Positions 19,490 to 29,495 are shown, numbered from the stretch's first letter. The stretch: 64,000 nucleotides of DNA from a virus (IMGVR_UViG_3300031555_003442:64001-128000), one strand, 5' to 3'. The notes: a model not told the origin generated them from the sequence alone. Numbers and translations: made by a program.

Positions 19490-20302
19490 ATGAAACAGTA
19501 TCTCGATTTGCTTAAAGACATTATGGAGAACGGCGTCGACCGTTCCGACCGCACTGGAACGGGAACACGTTCCGTATTTGGCCGCCAGTGCCGCTATGAC
19601 CTCACCGCAGGATTCCCGTGCCTGACCACGAAGAAACTGCATCTCCGTTCCATCATCCATGAACTCCTGTGGTTCCTTGCGGGCGATACCAACATCAAGT
19701 ATCTCCGTGACAACAAGGTGACTATCTGGGACGAATGGGCTGACGAAAACGGCGATTTGGGCCCAGTTTACGGGCATCAGTGGCGTTCATGGCCGACACC
19801 CGACGGAGGCCACATCGACCAGATTAAGAACCTGGTGGACAGCCTCAAGAACAACCCCGATTCCCGCCGTCACCTCGTGTGTGCATGGAACGTGGCCGAA
19901 GTTGACAAGATGGCCTTGCCGCCCTGTCATTGCCTGTTCCAGTTCTATGTTGGTGGCGTTGGCGAATCTGGTAAGCGTAAGCTGAGTTGTCAGCTTTATC
20001 AGCGTAGTGCCGACACGTTCCTTGGAGTCCCGTTCAACATCGCTTCTTACGCCCTTCTGACGATGATGCTGGCGCAGGTATGCGGTTACGAGGCATCGGA
20101 ATTCATCCACATCCTGGGTGACACCCACATTTACAGCAACCATTTCGACCAGGTTAAGGAACAGCTTTCCAGAACCCCGAGAGCGTTGCCGACGATGAAG
20201 ATTAACCCAGATGTCAAGGACATCTTCAGCTTCCGCTACGAAGACTTCGAACTTGAAAATTATGACCCGTATCCTTCAATCAAGGCGCCGATAGCAGTAT
20301 GA
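19490..20302 (+). CDS. thyA: thymidylate synthase
   Basis: DRTGTGT, ELLWFL, LGPVYG, ALPPCH, QRSADxFLGVPFN. Confidence 0.98.
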   Translation: MKQYLDLLKDIMENGVDRSDRTGTGTRSVFGRQCRYDLTAGFPCLTTKKLHLRSIIHELLWFLAGDTNIKYLRDNKVTIWDEWADENGDLGPVYGHQWRSWPTPDGGHIDQIKNLVDSLKNNPDSRRHLVCAWNVAEVDKMALPPCHCLFQFYVGGVGESGKRKLSCQLYQRSADTFLGVPFNIASYALLTMMLAQVCGYEASEFIHILGDTHIYSNHFDQVKEQLSRTPRALPTMKINPDVKDIFSFRYEDFELENYDPYPSIKAPIAV

Positions 20303-20337
20303 TTGTGTAAATAAAAATTACGAAAAGAGACCTAGCA

Positions 20338-20556
20338 ATGACTACACATACATATCTTGTTTCTGTAACCGGTTCTACAAACATGGGTGGCAAGTTTGAT
20401 GCGTGTTTTAAATATAGCACAGCAAGCAAAGGTTCTACGTTAGCAGAAGAACTGTTTGACGCTGCCAATAATCAGGACTATGGTCTTGAATATGGAGTCA
20501 AGGCAAAAACGCCGATTATAACTGGCGTGTTTGATTGCGGAACAAATGAAGAATGA
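20338..20556 (+). CDS. hypothetical protein
   Basis: ORF between thyA and folA. Confidence 0.5.
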   Translation: MTTHTYLVSVTGSTNMGGKFDACFKYSTASKGSTLAEELFDAANNQDYGLEYGVKAKTPIITGVFDCGTNEE

Positions 20557-20606
20557 TTCCAAACATAAGGCAGATGGCTAGTTCATAAAGTGTAAGGTAA
20601 TTATTT

Positions 20607-21230
20607 ATGATTGTTTCAATGATTGTCGCAATGACTCCCGACATGATAATAGGGAAGGATGGCCACCTCCCGTGGCATATTAAATCTGATTTGATTAGGT
20701 TTAAGACTATTACTTCTGGCCACCATGTCGTTATGGGCAGGGTGAACTACGAGGATATTGGCAGGCCGTTGCCGAACCGTACCAACCTAATCCTTACCCG
20801 TGACCCTGATTTCAAGGCTGAGGGTTGCACCACGGTTGCATCCATCGAGGAAGCAATCAGGATTGCAGAAAATGCTGGGGAAACCGAGCTTTTCGTAATC
20901 GGTGGAGCCTCTGCGTACCGTGCGGCGATGCCTTATGCCGACAAGCTGTACCTCACCATTGTGTGTGCGAAGGTTGAAGGAACGGTCAAGTTCCCTGCCG
21001 AGTGCTGGACGAAGGAATGGCTACAGGTTGGAACCGACGTGCATGACATCAGGTTTTCATGGCCGATTCTCGATGCCGATTCCAACGACGATTACGACAC
21101 TCTGTATTGCACCTTTGTAAAGAAACGTTATCTCGAACGGACGATGGGTACTATGTCTGTACTTGACCCGTACAAGCCGACCCGCCAAGACATGTATGCA
21201 ATGACGATGATGAACATGGAGGAAAAATGA
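20607..21230 (+). CDS. folA: dihydrofolate reductase
   Basis: IGKDGHLPWH, VVMGR, RPLPNR, VIGG. Confidence 0.95.
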   Translation: MIVSMIVAMTPDMIIGKDGHLPWHIKSDLIRFKTITSGHHVVMGRVNYEDIGRPLPNRTNLILTRDPDFKAEGCTTVASIEEAIRIAENAGETELFVIGGASAYRAAMPYADKLYLTIVCAKVEGTVKFPAECWTKEWLQVGTDVHDIRFSWPILDADSNDDYDTLYCTFVKKRYLERTMGTMSVLDPYKPTRQDMYAMTMMNMEEK

Positions 21231-21616
21231 ATCCGATTTATATTTTTCTTATGATGCTGTTCCTTCATACGCTGGATGACTTTCACCTTCAGGGTTGCCT
21301 TGCGAACTTGAAACAGAAGTCCTGGTGGGCAGAGCATGCCCCAGACCCGATGTACAAGCATGACTGGATTCCCGCACTGATGGCGCATTGCATCAGCTGG
21401 ACAACCCTTACGATGTTTCCCTGCATCCTTTTTATGAGCGTTCCCGTATGGTTGGCAATCGTGCTGTTCGTGTTCAATGCCGCTTTCCACTTCTGGATTG
21501 ACGACTTGAAGTGCAACCGCCATGCGCTCAACCTCATCGAGGACCAGCTCATGCACCTTTCTCAACTCACCCTCACCTTCCTCGTCTGCTGGAAGATTCC
21601 CGCAATGTTTATCTAA
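21227..21616 (+). CDS. DUF3307-like membrane protein
   Basis: HxxxDFxLQ, H..IDxxK and DQxxH motifs within TM helices. Confidence 0.7.
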   Translation: MNPIYIFLMMLFLHTLDDFHLQGCLANLKQKSWWAEHAPDPMYKHDWIPALMAHCISWTTLTMFPCILFMSVPVWLAIVLFVFNAAFHFWIDDLKCNRHALNLIEDQLMHLSQLTLTFLVCWKIPAMFI

Positions 21617-21628
21617 AAGGAGATAACC

Positions 21629-22501
21629 ATGAGCCACTACACCACATACGTTGTCACAAAGACAAACAACAAAGAAGAACTCGACAAATTGATGCTTCCG
21701 TATCATGAGTACGAATGTACTGGCATGACGGCGTATTGCGTCCATCTTGACAAGACGGCGGAAGTCATCAAGGAGTATGCCGACAATAAAGATGACTATG
21801 ACTCTCCTGAAGCCTTCTTGGAGTCGTGGTATGGCATTAAATCTGACCATGTCTATGAAGAGGAACCTGCTGAAAAGCCAGAATACTCGTATGCCGTTAT
21901 CAAGGACGGAAATATCGTAAAGATGTGCAACTTTACGAACCCCAACCACAAATGGGATTACTATACCCCGTTTACTTGGGAAAGCTGCACGTTCCTTAAA
22001 GAGGGTGCTAACGGAGCAGTACAGGCAATCGAGAAATCGCAGCTTGACATTGACGGTTTCATGAATGGCAGAAAGAAGTATTTCTCTGAATTGTACAACA
22101 AGTTGAAACCGTATTTCAAACCAGATTTCATTAGCTGGGAAGACGCCCGTAAACAGAATGAAGATGACATTGCCAAGGCAAGAGAAGTCTACAACAACCA
22201 GCAGAGCATTAAGGATATGGAGGCTGGCGTCGGCTCTAGCGAACTGTTCCATATCAGATGGAATATCCAGGTTGATGACATTGCTAAGATGACCGAAGAA
22301 GAATTCCTTGACAGCAACCTTCGTGAAGCGGCCCCGTTCTGGGCTATCGTCCTTCCGACGGGTCAATGGATTGAACACGGCCACATGGGCTGGTGGGCTG
22401 TCAGCTGGGATGAAGACAAGGATTTCAACAAGACCTGGACGGAAATCTGGAAAACCCTTCCCGACGACTGCTATGTCTGGCGTTGCGACTGTCATACCTA
22501 A
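21629..22501 (+). CDS. conserved phage hypothetical protein
   Basis: 290-aa ORF; NPNHKWDYY and GHMGWW segments. Confidence 0.75.
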   Translation: MSHYTTYVVTKTNNKEELDKLMLPYHEYECTGMTAYCVHLDKTAEVIKEYADNKDDYDSPEAFLESWYGIKSDHVYEEEPAEKPEYSYAVIKDGNIVKMCNFTNPNHKWDYYTPFTWESCTFLKEGANGAVQAIEKSQLDIDGFMNGRKKYFSELYNKLKPYFKPDFISWEDARKQNEDDIAKAREVYNNQQSIKDMEAGVGSSELFHIRWNIQVDDIAKMTEEEFLDSNLREAAPFWAIVLPTGQWIEHGHMGWWAVSWDEDKDFNKTWTEIWKTLPDDCYVWRCDCHT

Positions 22502-22515
22502 TTGAGGAACTGTAT

Positions 22516-22785
22516 ATGGAAACGAGAAAAATCAAGCTGCTTGTCAGCGTAGAGTATCAGCCAGAACTTCTGCACAACATTAGAGATGAATCCAATAAAC
22601 TGGTTGACCAGGTCAACGAAGAGCCGACTGCCGCCGATATTGAGTTGATGGATAAAGAAATCAAGGAGAGTATCGAATGTGCGTTGGCTAACCTGTTTGA
22701 TGATGGATTTCATCATCCGTACCGCAAGGATTATTTGTTGAACCACGGCGACGCCATGTTTAAAGTTGTTAAGTGTGATGATTAA
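22516..22785 (+). CDS. hypothetical protein
   Basis: GAGGA RBS. Confidence 0.6.
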   Translation: METRKIKLLVSVEYQPELLHNIRDESNKLVDQVNEEPTAADIELMDKEIKESIECALANLFDDGFHHPYRKDYLLNHGDAMFKVVKCDD

Positions 22786-22806
22786 CTAAATTCAATCGGA
22801 GGAATC

Positions 22807-23121
22807 ATGAATACCGATAAGGGAACTATTATTGGCGAAGCGGGTACATACCGTCTGATAGACCTGTTTGACGACCTTGCTGGAAGGATGCATACCTACG
22901 GCCCCAATGCCGTAATCAGTTTCAATCGGTCTGGTTGGAATGGTATCGGACCTGGTTTACGCATTGAAGGAATTCAAGCCAGAAACGAAGGTCGCTATCG
23001 TGGACGCAAAGGGAACGATGCAATTCTTCAATACATAAATGGCTTGACAATTTCACCATTTGTAACTATATTATCCTTCGGACATCAACCGAAGGATTTT
23101 TTATGGCTGTTATCGCAGTAG
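22807..23121 (+). CDS. hypothetical protein
   Basis: GGAGG RBS; 3' end overlaps a promoter. Confidence 0.5.
   Translation: MNTDKGTIIGEAGTYRLIDLFDDLAGRMHTYGPNAVISFNRSGWNGIGPGLRIEGIQARNEGRYRGRKGNDAILQYINGLTISPFVTILSFGHQPKDFLWLLSQ
23044..23102 (+). promoter_or_regulatory. TTGACA-N17-TATATT promoter followed by an RBS-sequestering hairpin and T-run
   Basis: ATCCTTCGG-7nt-CCGAAGGAT then TTTTT then ATG. Confidence 0.75.
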
Positions 23122-23504
23122 ATTTTGACGGAACCCTTGCTCTCGGGGACAGTTTCCCGAACGTGAACAACTCCGTCCCGAACACGGTTCTCATCGACGC
23201 CCTCAAGACTTTACAGAACTTGGGGCACCAGATAATCCTCTGGACATGCCGAGAAAACTACGGCGGGAAGTACTACGAGGACGGGCCGTACCTCATAGAC
23301 GCAGTCCAGTTCTGCGAACGCTGCGACCTGCATTTTGACGCAGTAAACAAGAATATCGGCGAAAATGACGGTGAGGAAGGAACCCTTTATGGCCGAAAAA
23401 TAGCCGCAGACCTTTATATCGACGACAAGAGCGTCATCCTTGAACCGATAAACTGGGTAGGGTATGTAGAGAAACTTTTGAGAAGGTTTGAAACTACGTT
23501 ATAA
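23103..23504 (+). CDS. HAD-superfamily hydrolase
   Basis: IAVDFDGT, LWTCR, RKIAADLYIDDK. Confidence 0.85.
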   Translation: MAVIAVDFDGTLALGDSFPNVNNSVPNTVLIDALKTLQNLGHQIILWTCRENYGGKYYEDGPYLIDAVQFCERCDLHFDAVNKNIGENDGEEGTLYGRKIAADLYIDDKSVILEPINWVGYVEKLLRRFETTL

Positions 23505-23517
23505 CACGGGGGTGCTT

Positions 23518-24087
23518 ATGTACATGAGTGAAGACGCCGAGTTGAGGATAGCTGGCATCGAGCCAGAGTCGTTCGTTGACGGCCCAGGTATACGTTTCGC
23601 CGTGTTCACCCAGGGTTGCACCCACCATTGCCCCGAATGTCAAAATCCCGAGACCCACGCCTTTGGCAAGGGTCACGTCGAGACTGCAGAAAGTCTGCTG
23701 AAAATGATTGATTCTAACCCGTTGCTGACAGGCGTTACCCTCAGTGGTGGCGACCCGATGGAACAGGCGATTCAGCTCCTGCCGTTCGCCCACGGGGTAA
23801 AGATGAGGGGCTTGAACCTGATTGTGTACACTGGGTACTGCTACGAGATGCTCGTATCTAAGTTTGCCCATCCAGCGATGAAGGAGTTGCTGATGTACAC
23901 GGACATACTGGTCGACGGCCCGTACATGAAGGACCTGCGTGACCTGGAACTGTCGTTCAGGGGTTCGTCCAACCAGCGTCTGATAGATGTACAGCAGAGC
24001 CTTGTCGAAGGAAAGGTGGTTCTACACAAAATCCAGCAAGAAGAAATGAAATTGAAACAGGGGGAACTGGGTGGTAGTATCAGTTAG
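23518..24087 (+). CDS. nrdG: anaerobic RNR activase (radical SAM)
   Basis: DGPGIR, CxxxCxxC (CTHHCPEC), SGGDP, DGPY, FRGSSNQ. Confidence 0.95.
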   Translation: MYMSEDAELRIAGIEPESFVDGPGIRFAVFTQGCTHHCPECQNPETHAFGKGHVETAESLLKMIDSNPLLTGVTLSGGDPMEQAIQLLPFAHGVKMRGLNLIVYTGYCYEMLVSKFAHPAMKELLMYTDILVDGPYMKDLRDLELSFRGSSNQRLIDVQQSLVEGKVVLHKIQQEEMKLKQGELGGSIS

Positions 24088-24235
24088 CGGATTGCTGTTT
24101 TCCATCGTATTGGGAGTAATCGGTGCCATTATCGTACTTGTGGTTACCGCTGGCATGGGCTACTTATTCAAATTAGTTTGCAGATTTTTCCGTTGGATTG
24201 CTAATAATTTCAAAAAGTGGAAAAATAACCCTTGA
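24071..24235 (+). CDS. small single-pass membrane protein (54 aa)
   Basis: GTG start; hydrophobic helix plus basic tail, read by eye. Confidence 0.45.
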   Translation: MVVSVSGLLFSIVLGVIGAIIVLVVTAGMGYLFKLVCRFFRWIANNFKKWKNNP

Positions 24236-24289
24236 CAATCATGTTTTAATCTTCTATATTTTCTCCTGTGAAACCACAGGAGATTTTTT
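24232..24289 (+). promoter_or_regulatory. TTGACA-N17-TATATT promoter of the NAD operon plus RBS-sequestering hairpin
   Basis: TCTCCTGTG-AAAC-CACAGGAGA then TTTTTT then ATG. Confidence 0.8.
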
Positions 24290-24835
24290 ATGAACAATAA
24301 ACACCTTATCATCGTCGACATGCAGGTCGATTTCATCACGGGCGCCCTCGCCAATCCTAACACAGAATGGGCACAGGCTGTAATCAAGAACATCATCGAG
24401 CTAATCAAGAAATTTGATGGCAAGGTCTGGTTCACCCGTGACACTCATTCCAAGAACTATCTCGATACCCAGGAAGGCAAGAATCTCAAGATTCCGCACT
24501 GCATCAAGGGCACTCCTGGCTGGGAAATCATCCCTGAACTCCGCCAGTTCGTCACCGAGCAGAATGTAATCGACAAGAATACGTTCGGTTTCCCGTACTG
24601 GGCTGCCGTCCTCGGCGACCATGATACCTATGCTGGTATCGAAATCCCGCCGACCGAAGTCTACATCGCTGGTACTGTCACTAGCATCTGCGTGGACAGC
24701 AACGCAAACGGTATCAAGACGGCGTTCCCCGAAGCTATCGTCGGCGTGTACAAGGACTGCTGCCTCGACCTTGACAAGATGCATCACGATGCCGCATTGA
24801 TGGCAATGGCAGCAAAACAAATCAAGCTTCTCTAA
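24290..24835 (+). CDS. pncA: nicotinamidase / isochorismatase-family cysteine hydrolase
   Basis: IVDMQVDF, TRDTH, PHC..GT.G, K, ICV catalytic set; NAD-operon context. Confidence 0.85.
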   Translation: MNNKHLIIVDMQVDFITGALANPNTEWAQAVIKNIIELIKKFDGKVWFTRDTHSKNYLDTQEGKNLKIPHCIKGTPGWEIIPELRQFVTEQNVIDKNTFGFPYWAAVLGDHDTYAGIEIPPTEVYIAGTVTSICVDSNANGIKTAFPEAIVGVYKDCCLDLDKMHHDAALMAMAAKQIKLL

Positions 24836-24847
24836 AAAGGAGATATC

Positions 24848-25303
24848 ATGCTCTTAGACACACTAAACGACAAAATCAAAGAATTCATGAAAGCCCACGA
24901 CACGGTGGCATTGACCGCCCTCCGTACGCTCGTGTCCGACATCAAGAACGCATCCATCGCCGCACAGAAGCCTGTTGACGACGCCATGTGCATTTCCGTT
25001 ATCGACAAGGCCATCAAGCAGAAGAACGAAACCATCGAAGGTTATGCCAAGGCTGGCAAGACCGACCGAGTTGATGAAGAAAAGAAGACTCTCGAACTCT
25101 ACAAGCAGTACATGCCCGAGCAGATGTCCGAAGCCGATGTCGTCGCAGAAATCGAAAAGGCTATTGCCGAAACTGGCGCCTGCGAACAGAAGGACATGGG
25201 TAAGGTTATGAAGATTCTTTCCCCCATCATCAAGGGTCGTTTCGACGGAAAGGCAGCAAGCCAGCTTGTCGTAAAGGCATTGCTCGCAAAGGCAGGCAAA
25301 TGA
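24848..25303 (+). CDS. GatB/YqeY domain protein
   Basis: MKA, YMPEQMSE, KDMGKVM, GRFDG. Confidence 0.88.
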   Translation: MLLDTLNDKIKEFMKAHDTVALTALRTLVSDIKNASIAAQKPVDDAMCISVIDKAIKQKNETIEGYAKAGKTDRVDEEKKTLELYKQYMPEQMSEADVVAEIEKAIAETGACEQKDMGKVMKILSPIIKGRFDGKAASQLVVKALLAKAGK

Positions 25304-26361
25304 TGAAGAATTGGGTTTACATCGGCAGGTTCCAGCCGTTCCACAATGGACACCTCGACGTTCTCCACCAGATTATCGACAAGATGGATAAGGAACATGA
25401 CCGTATCATCCTCGTTCTCGGCTCCACGGGTTCTGGAAGCCCCAGAAACCCGATTGACTCGGCAAGCCGTTACGACATGATTCAGAACATCCTTGATAAC
25501 GACGAAGTTGTTAACAAGGCTGGTGTCCGCACTCACATCTTTATCGAAACCCTACGAGATTCCCCGTACAACTGGACGATGTTCGGTAAATGGCTTCAGG
25601 CTTCCCTGAGTTCCTATCCTGCCAACATGGAAAACAACATCCTCTGCGGAATGGAGTACATCAAGGATTACGCAAACCTTGTCGGTACACCGTTCTGGCA
25701 GGCAACGGAAAATGTCCATGTCCATGCGACAGACATCCGTCGGGCTTTTGCGGAAAACGATACCGAGTTCCTGAAAGCGAACCTTCCCGCAGGTATTTTT
25801 GCCAACGAGGAACTGTTTGCCAAAATCAAGGATGAAATTGTAAGTACCTACAATCTGCAGCAGAAGTATATCAAGGATTTGAACCCGAAGTATTCTTCTG
25901 TCTACAAGACCGTGGACAACATTGTTCTTTGCGCTGGTCACATCCTGTTCGTCGTCCGCAAGGATAACGGCAAGTACGCTCTCCCTGGCGGTTTCCAAGA
26001 CCCGACCGACCTTTCTGCACAGAAGGCAGCCGAGCGTGAACTGATGGAGGAAACTGGATTGGATTCGTCCGACTGGACACCCGCAGCATCGAAGAATTTC
26101 GACGCACCGTTCCGTGACCCCCGTTCTAGCAACTGTGTAAATGCGGAAACTACGGCGTTCCTGTACCGTATCAACCCGAAGTATGTGCTCGGAACTGACG
26201 GCGTTCAGTACCCGAGACTCCCAGAAGTAGTCGGTCAGGATGATGCGGCAAGTGCAACTTGGCTCAAATTGAGTGAGGTGTGCAGCTCTGCCGAAAATAT
26301 GTTCCACGCAGACCACAAGAAAATCATCTTAAACATGCTCGGACTTGAACCGAGATTCTAA
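25300..26361 (+). CDS. nadM: bifunctional NMN/NaMN adenylyltransferase - ADP-ribose pyrophosphatase (NadM-NUDIX)
   Basis: IGRFQPFHNGH; NUDIX box PGG...AAERELMEETGL; RDPR, DDA. Confidence 0.9.
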   Translation: MMKNWVYIGRFQPFHNGHLDVLHQIIDKMDKEHDRIILVLGSTGSGSPRNPIDSASRYDMIQNILDNDEVVNKAGVRTHIFIETLRDSPYNWTMFGKWLQASLSSYPANMENNILCGMEYIKDYANLVGTPFWQATENVHVHATDIRRAFAENDTEFLKANLPAGIFANEELFAKIKDEIVSTYNLQQKYIKDLNPKYSSVYKTVDNIVLCAGHILFVVRKDNGKYALPGGFQDPTDLSAQKAAERELMEETGLDSSDWTPAASKNFDAPFRDPRSSNCVNAETTAFLYRINPKYVLGTDGVQYPRLPEVVGQDDAASATWLKLSEVCSSAENMFHADHKKIILNMLGLEPRF

Positions 26362-26380
26362 CTCAAAGGAAGGTAATAAA

Positions 26381-27655
26381 ATGCTAGACCATTGGTGTAT
26401 AGAAAGTCTGCTTGAGACAGACCTCTACAAGTTCAATATGGACAACCTGTACTTCACCCAGTACAGCGACTATACCGCAAAGTGGGCCTACAAGTGCCGC
26501 AACCGCAAGGATGGCAGCGTCGTGCAGTTCACTAAGGAAGATGTGGCGGAAATCAACCGCCAGATTGACCACCTCTGCACACTCACGTTCAGCCGTGAAG
26601 AGCTTAACCTGCTCTTCTCCAAGGCTACGTGGCTCACCCCCTCGTTCATGCATTTCCTGAGCATGTTCCGTCTTGACCGTGACGAGATACGAGTGACTTA
26701 TGACGAAAGCACGCCGTCTCACATGACTATCGAAGCTGGTGGCGATTTGGACCCGCTGATGCGTAACACTTACTTCGAAATCTACGTTCTTGCCATCGTC
26801 AACGAAGTCTATTTCTACAACCACAACAAGAACCATGCCGAACTCGAAGCGGAAGCTATCAGTCGAATCGACCAGAAGATTGACATGCTTGCTCGTTGCG
26901 AATACTGTATCGGCCCGTTCTCCGAATTCGGTCTCCGCCGTCGTTTCTCCCGCAAGGTTCAGGACTACCTAGTCCGTGCATTTGCGAAGGCACAGAAGAG
27001 CGGTGTTCTCGGTAATTCCATATTCCTTGGCACATCGAATGTGTACCTGGCGTTGAAGTATGACGTGAAGCCTATCGGAACCATCGCCCATGAAGCGGTC
27101 GAAGCAATCGGCCAGGGCAACCCGATGTACAACCCAGCATATTCCAACCGTCTCATGATGGACGCATGGCAGAAACAGTACAAGGGATGCAACGGTATCT
27201 ACCTCACCGACTGCGTCCGTACCGACCTCTTCCTCATGGACCTCACCCGCAACGATGTCCGTGTCTGGGATGGTTTCCGTCATGACTCTGGAGACCCGTG
27301 TGAATGGGGCGAAAAGATGATTGACGCAATCCAGCGTCTAGGTGGAGACCCGATGGAGAAGACGTTGCTCTTCTCCGACTCCCTCGATTTCGAACGTGCG
27401 ACCGACCTTTATGTTCGTTTCAGAGAACGTGCCAAGGTCGGGTTCGGTATCGGAACGTTCCTCTCCAACGACTGTGGTCTGGAACCGCTCAACCAGGTCA
27501 TGAAGCTCATCGAATGCAATGGCCGTCCTGTCGCCAAGATTTCCGACACCGAAGGAAAGCTCATGTGCCGTGATGCCGAGTATGTCGAATGGCTGAAACG
27601 CACCCTCGACTGGCGTCTTACCCACGAAGTCAAAAAATCTAAGATAATCCCTTGA
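26381..27655 (+). CDS. pncB: nicotinate phosphoribosyltransferase
   Basis: SLLETDLYKFNM, EFGLRRRFS, GTSNV, GTIAHE, RHDSGDP, FSDSL, FGIGT, VAKISD. Confidence 0.93.
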   Translation: MLDHWCIESLLETDLYKFNMDNLYFTQYSDYTAKWAYKCRNRKDGSVVQFTKEDVAEINRQIDHLCTLTFSREELNLLFSKATWLTPSFMHFLSMFRLDRDEIRVTYDESTPSHMTIEAGGDLDPLMRNTYFEIYVLAIVNEVYFYNHNKNHAELEAEAISRIDQKIDMLARCEYCIGPFSEFGLRRRFSRKVQDYLVRAFAKAQKSGVLGNSIFLGTSNVYLALKYDVKPIGTIAHEAVEAIGQGNPMYNPAYSNRLMMDAWQKQYKGCNGIYLTDCVRTDLFLMDLTRNDVRVWDGFRHDSGDPCEWGEKMIDAIQRLGGDPMEKTLLFSDSLDFERATDLYVRFRERAKVGFGIGTFLSNDCGLEPLNQVMKLIECNGRPVAKISDTEGKLMCRDAEYVEWLKRTLDWRLTHEVKKSKIIP

Positions 27656-27708
27656 CAGGGATTGTTTAATTAGTTATATTAAGTGACGGAAACATCCGTC
27701 ACTTTTTT
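27652..27708 (+). promoter_or_regulatory. TTGACA-N17-TATATT promoter overlapping a terminator hairpin
   Basis: AAGTGACGGA-AACA-TCCGTCACTT plus T-run immediately after the -10 box. Confidence 0.75.
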
Positions 27709-27722
27709 ATTAGGAGTAAATC

Positions 27723-28331
27723 ATGATTAACCACGTTGTTGGCGACATGCTCGATTTCAGCATGGACACACCCGATATCATCATCCACCAGACCAACTGC
27801 GAGGGCAGGATGGGTGGCGGCGTAGCCAAGGTCATCAAGGAAAAGTTCCCCCAGGTGTATCTGGAATATCTTGAATTTATCGCACACAACCTGTTTGACA
27901 AGCGGGACACCATGGCTCTGCCGATAAAGTGCAGTCACCTGCTTGGAAAATTTTCTTACAGCGAGGTTCCTGTCGGTGACAAGAAGGTGATTTTTGCCAA
28001 CCTGTTTGCTCAGGATAGCTGTTCGGAAAGTACTGCGGCGTTTAGCGAAAAGCGCTTTACCAGCTACGATGCTATGCACGAGGGAATGTTCGATATCAGA
28101 AACATGCTTGTGTATTCGTATTATGTCCAGAAGTTGCATGCCAACCGTCCAGTCAAAATCTGGATGCCCGAAAAGATTGGCTGCGTCAAGGGTGGCGGAA
28201 AGTATGAAATCGTCAAGGCAATCGTCGAAAGCGTGTTCGACCATCCTAGCTTCCGCAACATGATTGACCTCACCCTGTTCACGTTGCCCGAAAAGCTGGC
28301 TCGCCCGAAGGGACCCGTCGATGCGATGTAA
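27723..28331 (+). CDS. macro domain (ADP-ribose-binding/hydrolase, DarG/TARG1-like) protein
   Basis: GDM, IHQTNC.G.MGGGVA, ANLFAQ, IGC..GGG. Confidence 0.85.
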   Translation: MINHVVGDMLDFSMDTPDIIIHQTNCEGRMGGGVAKVIKEKFPQVYLEYLEFIAHNLFDKRDTMALPIKCSHLLGKFSYSEVPVGDKKVIFANLFAQDSCSESTAAFSEKRFTSYDAMHEGMFDIRNMLVYSYYVQKLHANRPVKIWMPEKIGCVKGGGKYEIVKAIVESVFDHPSFRNMIDLTLFTLPEKLARPKGPVDAM

Positions 28332-28605
28332 GAATTGCCCGTACGAGGACTACGACTACCAGGAGAATTATCCCTGTTGTAGGCTCTTCGGCGATAACGA
28401 TGACTATATCTATGAAAACGCCAAGGGCGAACTTGGTTGCAGATACAACATGCGTGGTCTGCAGAAGTTCGTCAGGGCGCACGAAGAGGAAGAGAAGATT
28501 ATCGTGCAACAGATGGGCGATTTCGCCAAATGGTGCGAAGAGCATCCGAACCCTCCCTATGACGACCCTGAACCAGAGGTAAATGATGATACGACGAAAG
28601 AGTGA
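28321..28605 (+). CDS. Cys-rich hypothetical protein
   Basis: CxxC ORF in run. Confidence 0.6.
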   Translation: MRCKNCPYEDYDYQENYPCCRLFGDNDDYIYENAKGELGCRYNMRGLQKFVRAHEEEEKIIVQQMGDFAKWCEEHPNPPYDDPEPEVNDDTTKE

Positions 28606-28771
28606 CTTCAAGTGCCGCCACGACCTGCTTGACATCTGGGAGTGGATGGAAGGGGCGTTCATCAAGGAGTGTCTCGATAAGGGTATCGACCCAGACGATT
28701 TTGGTGAAATCGACGTGTCTTTCTCCGTCTCAGTAAAGCAAAAAAGAAAACCCGAGATTAAAAAGGACTAA
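28583..28771 (+). CDS. hypothetical protein
   Basis: GAGG RBS. Confidence 0.55.
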   Translation: MMIRRKSDFKCRHDLLDIWEWMEGAFIKECLDKGIDPDDFGEIDVSFSVSVKQKRKPEIKKD

Positions 28772-28773
28772 GT

Positions 28774-29064
28774 ATGCGCCCGTACAAGATTAGAGTGTTC
28801 CTTGACCATCACGGTGCAGTATCCGATTTCATAATGGCGGATACCGAGTTCGAGACGGTCGATGCTGCTCGATTGTACATCAAGAAGCAGTTTGATGATA
28901 CAATCACCAATCTCGAAAATACGAACACCTCCTATAACGTGTCCTGTATCTCCAACAAGGACAGCCTTGATATCCCACGGGGTTATCAACAGGATTATGA
29001 GTCCTTGTTCTACAAAAAGCTGTTTACTGATGATTTCACGATGATTATGGAAGTTATCCGATAG
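28774..29064 (+). CDS. hypothetical protein
   Basis: ORF in run. Confidence 0.6.
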   Translation: MRPYKIRVFLDHHGAVSDFIMADTEFETVDAARLYIKKQFDDTITNLENTNTSYNVSCISNKDSLDIPRGYQQDYESLFYKKLFTDDFTMIMEVIR

Positions 29065-29076
29065 AAGGCATTTATT

Positions 29077-29463
29077 ATGAGTTATAACTACCAAAAGAAC
29101 ATTGACAAGCAAATTCTAAAGCTTCGCTTTGTCCATTCCTACAAGGAATACTATTCATTGCAGTTCAAAACGCCTGGATGGTTTGCCCAGTGGATTACCG
29201 TAGAGGAATACTTACCTACGGTAAGCGCTTCGGATAAGCCAGGTGGAGTAACTTCGTATGGCAACTGGGAAAACCGTTGGTGGCGAATTGAATCCAACGA
29301 TTACGGGAAGAAACTGCTGGACGAACTGAGGGCCCAGTTGAAAACCGTCGGCGATATTTACCGTACCTATATCGAGCCTGAGGAAAAACGAATGGCAGCC
29401 GACTATAAAAGATACAAAGAGTACTGGAATAAAATAAATTCAGTTGACGCTATTATCAAATAG
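29077..29463 (+). CDS. hypothetical protein
   Basis: ORF in run. Confidence 0.65.
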   Translation: MSYNYQKNIDKQILKLRFVHSYKEYYSLQFKTPGWFAQWITVEEYLPTVSASDKPGGVTSYGNWENRWWRIESNDYGKKLLDELRAQLKTVGDIYRTYIEPEEKRMAADYKRYKEYWNKINSVDAIIK

Positions 29464-29466
29464 TGG

Positions 29467-29495
29467 TTGACAAATTTTTAAGATGTATCTATATT
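29467..29495 (+). promoter_or_regulatory. sigma70-type promoter TTGACA-N17-TATATT
   Basis: exact consensus upstream of nadE. Confidence 0.8.

Noticed and set aside
26381-27655. Calling the PRTase NamPT/NadV (NARP2) or Namat (NARP1)
   Set aside because: Motifs match the nicotinate PncB clade, and PncA plus NadE fit the deamidated route; no Adps/Prs-like gene is in the window
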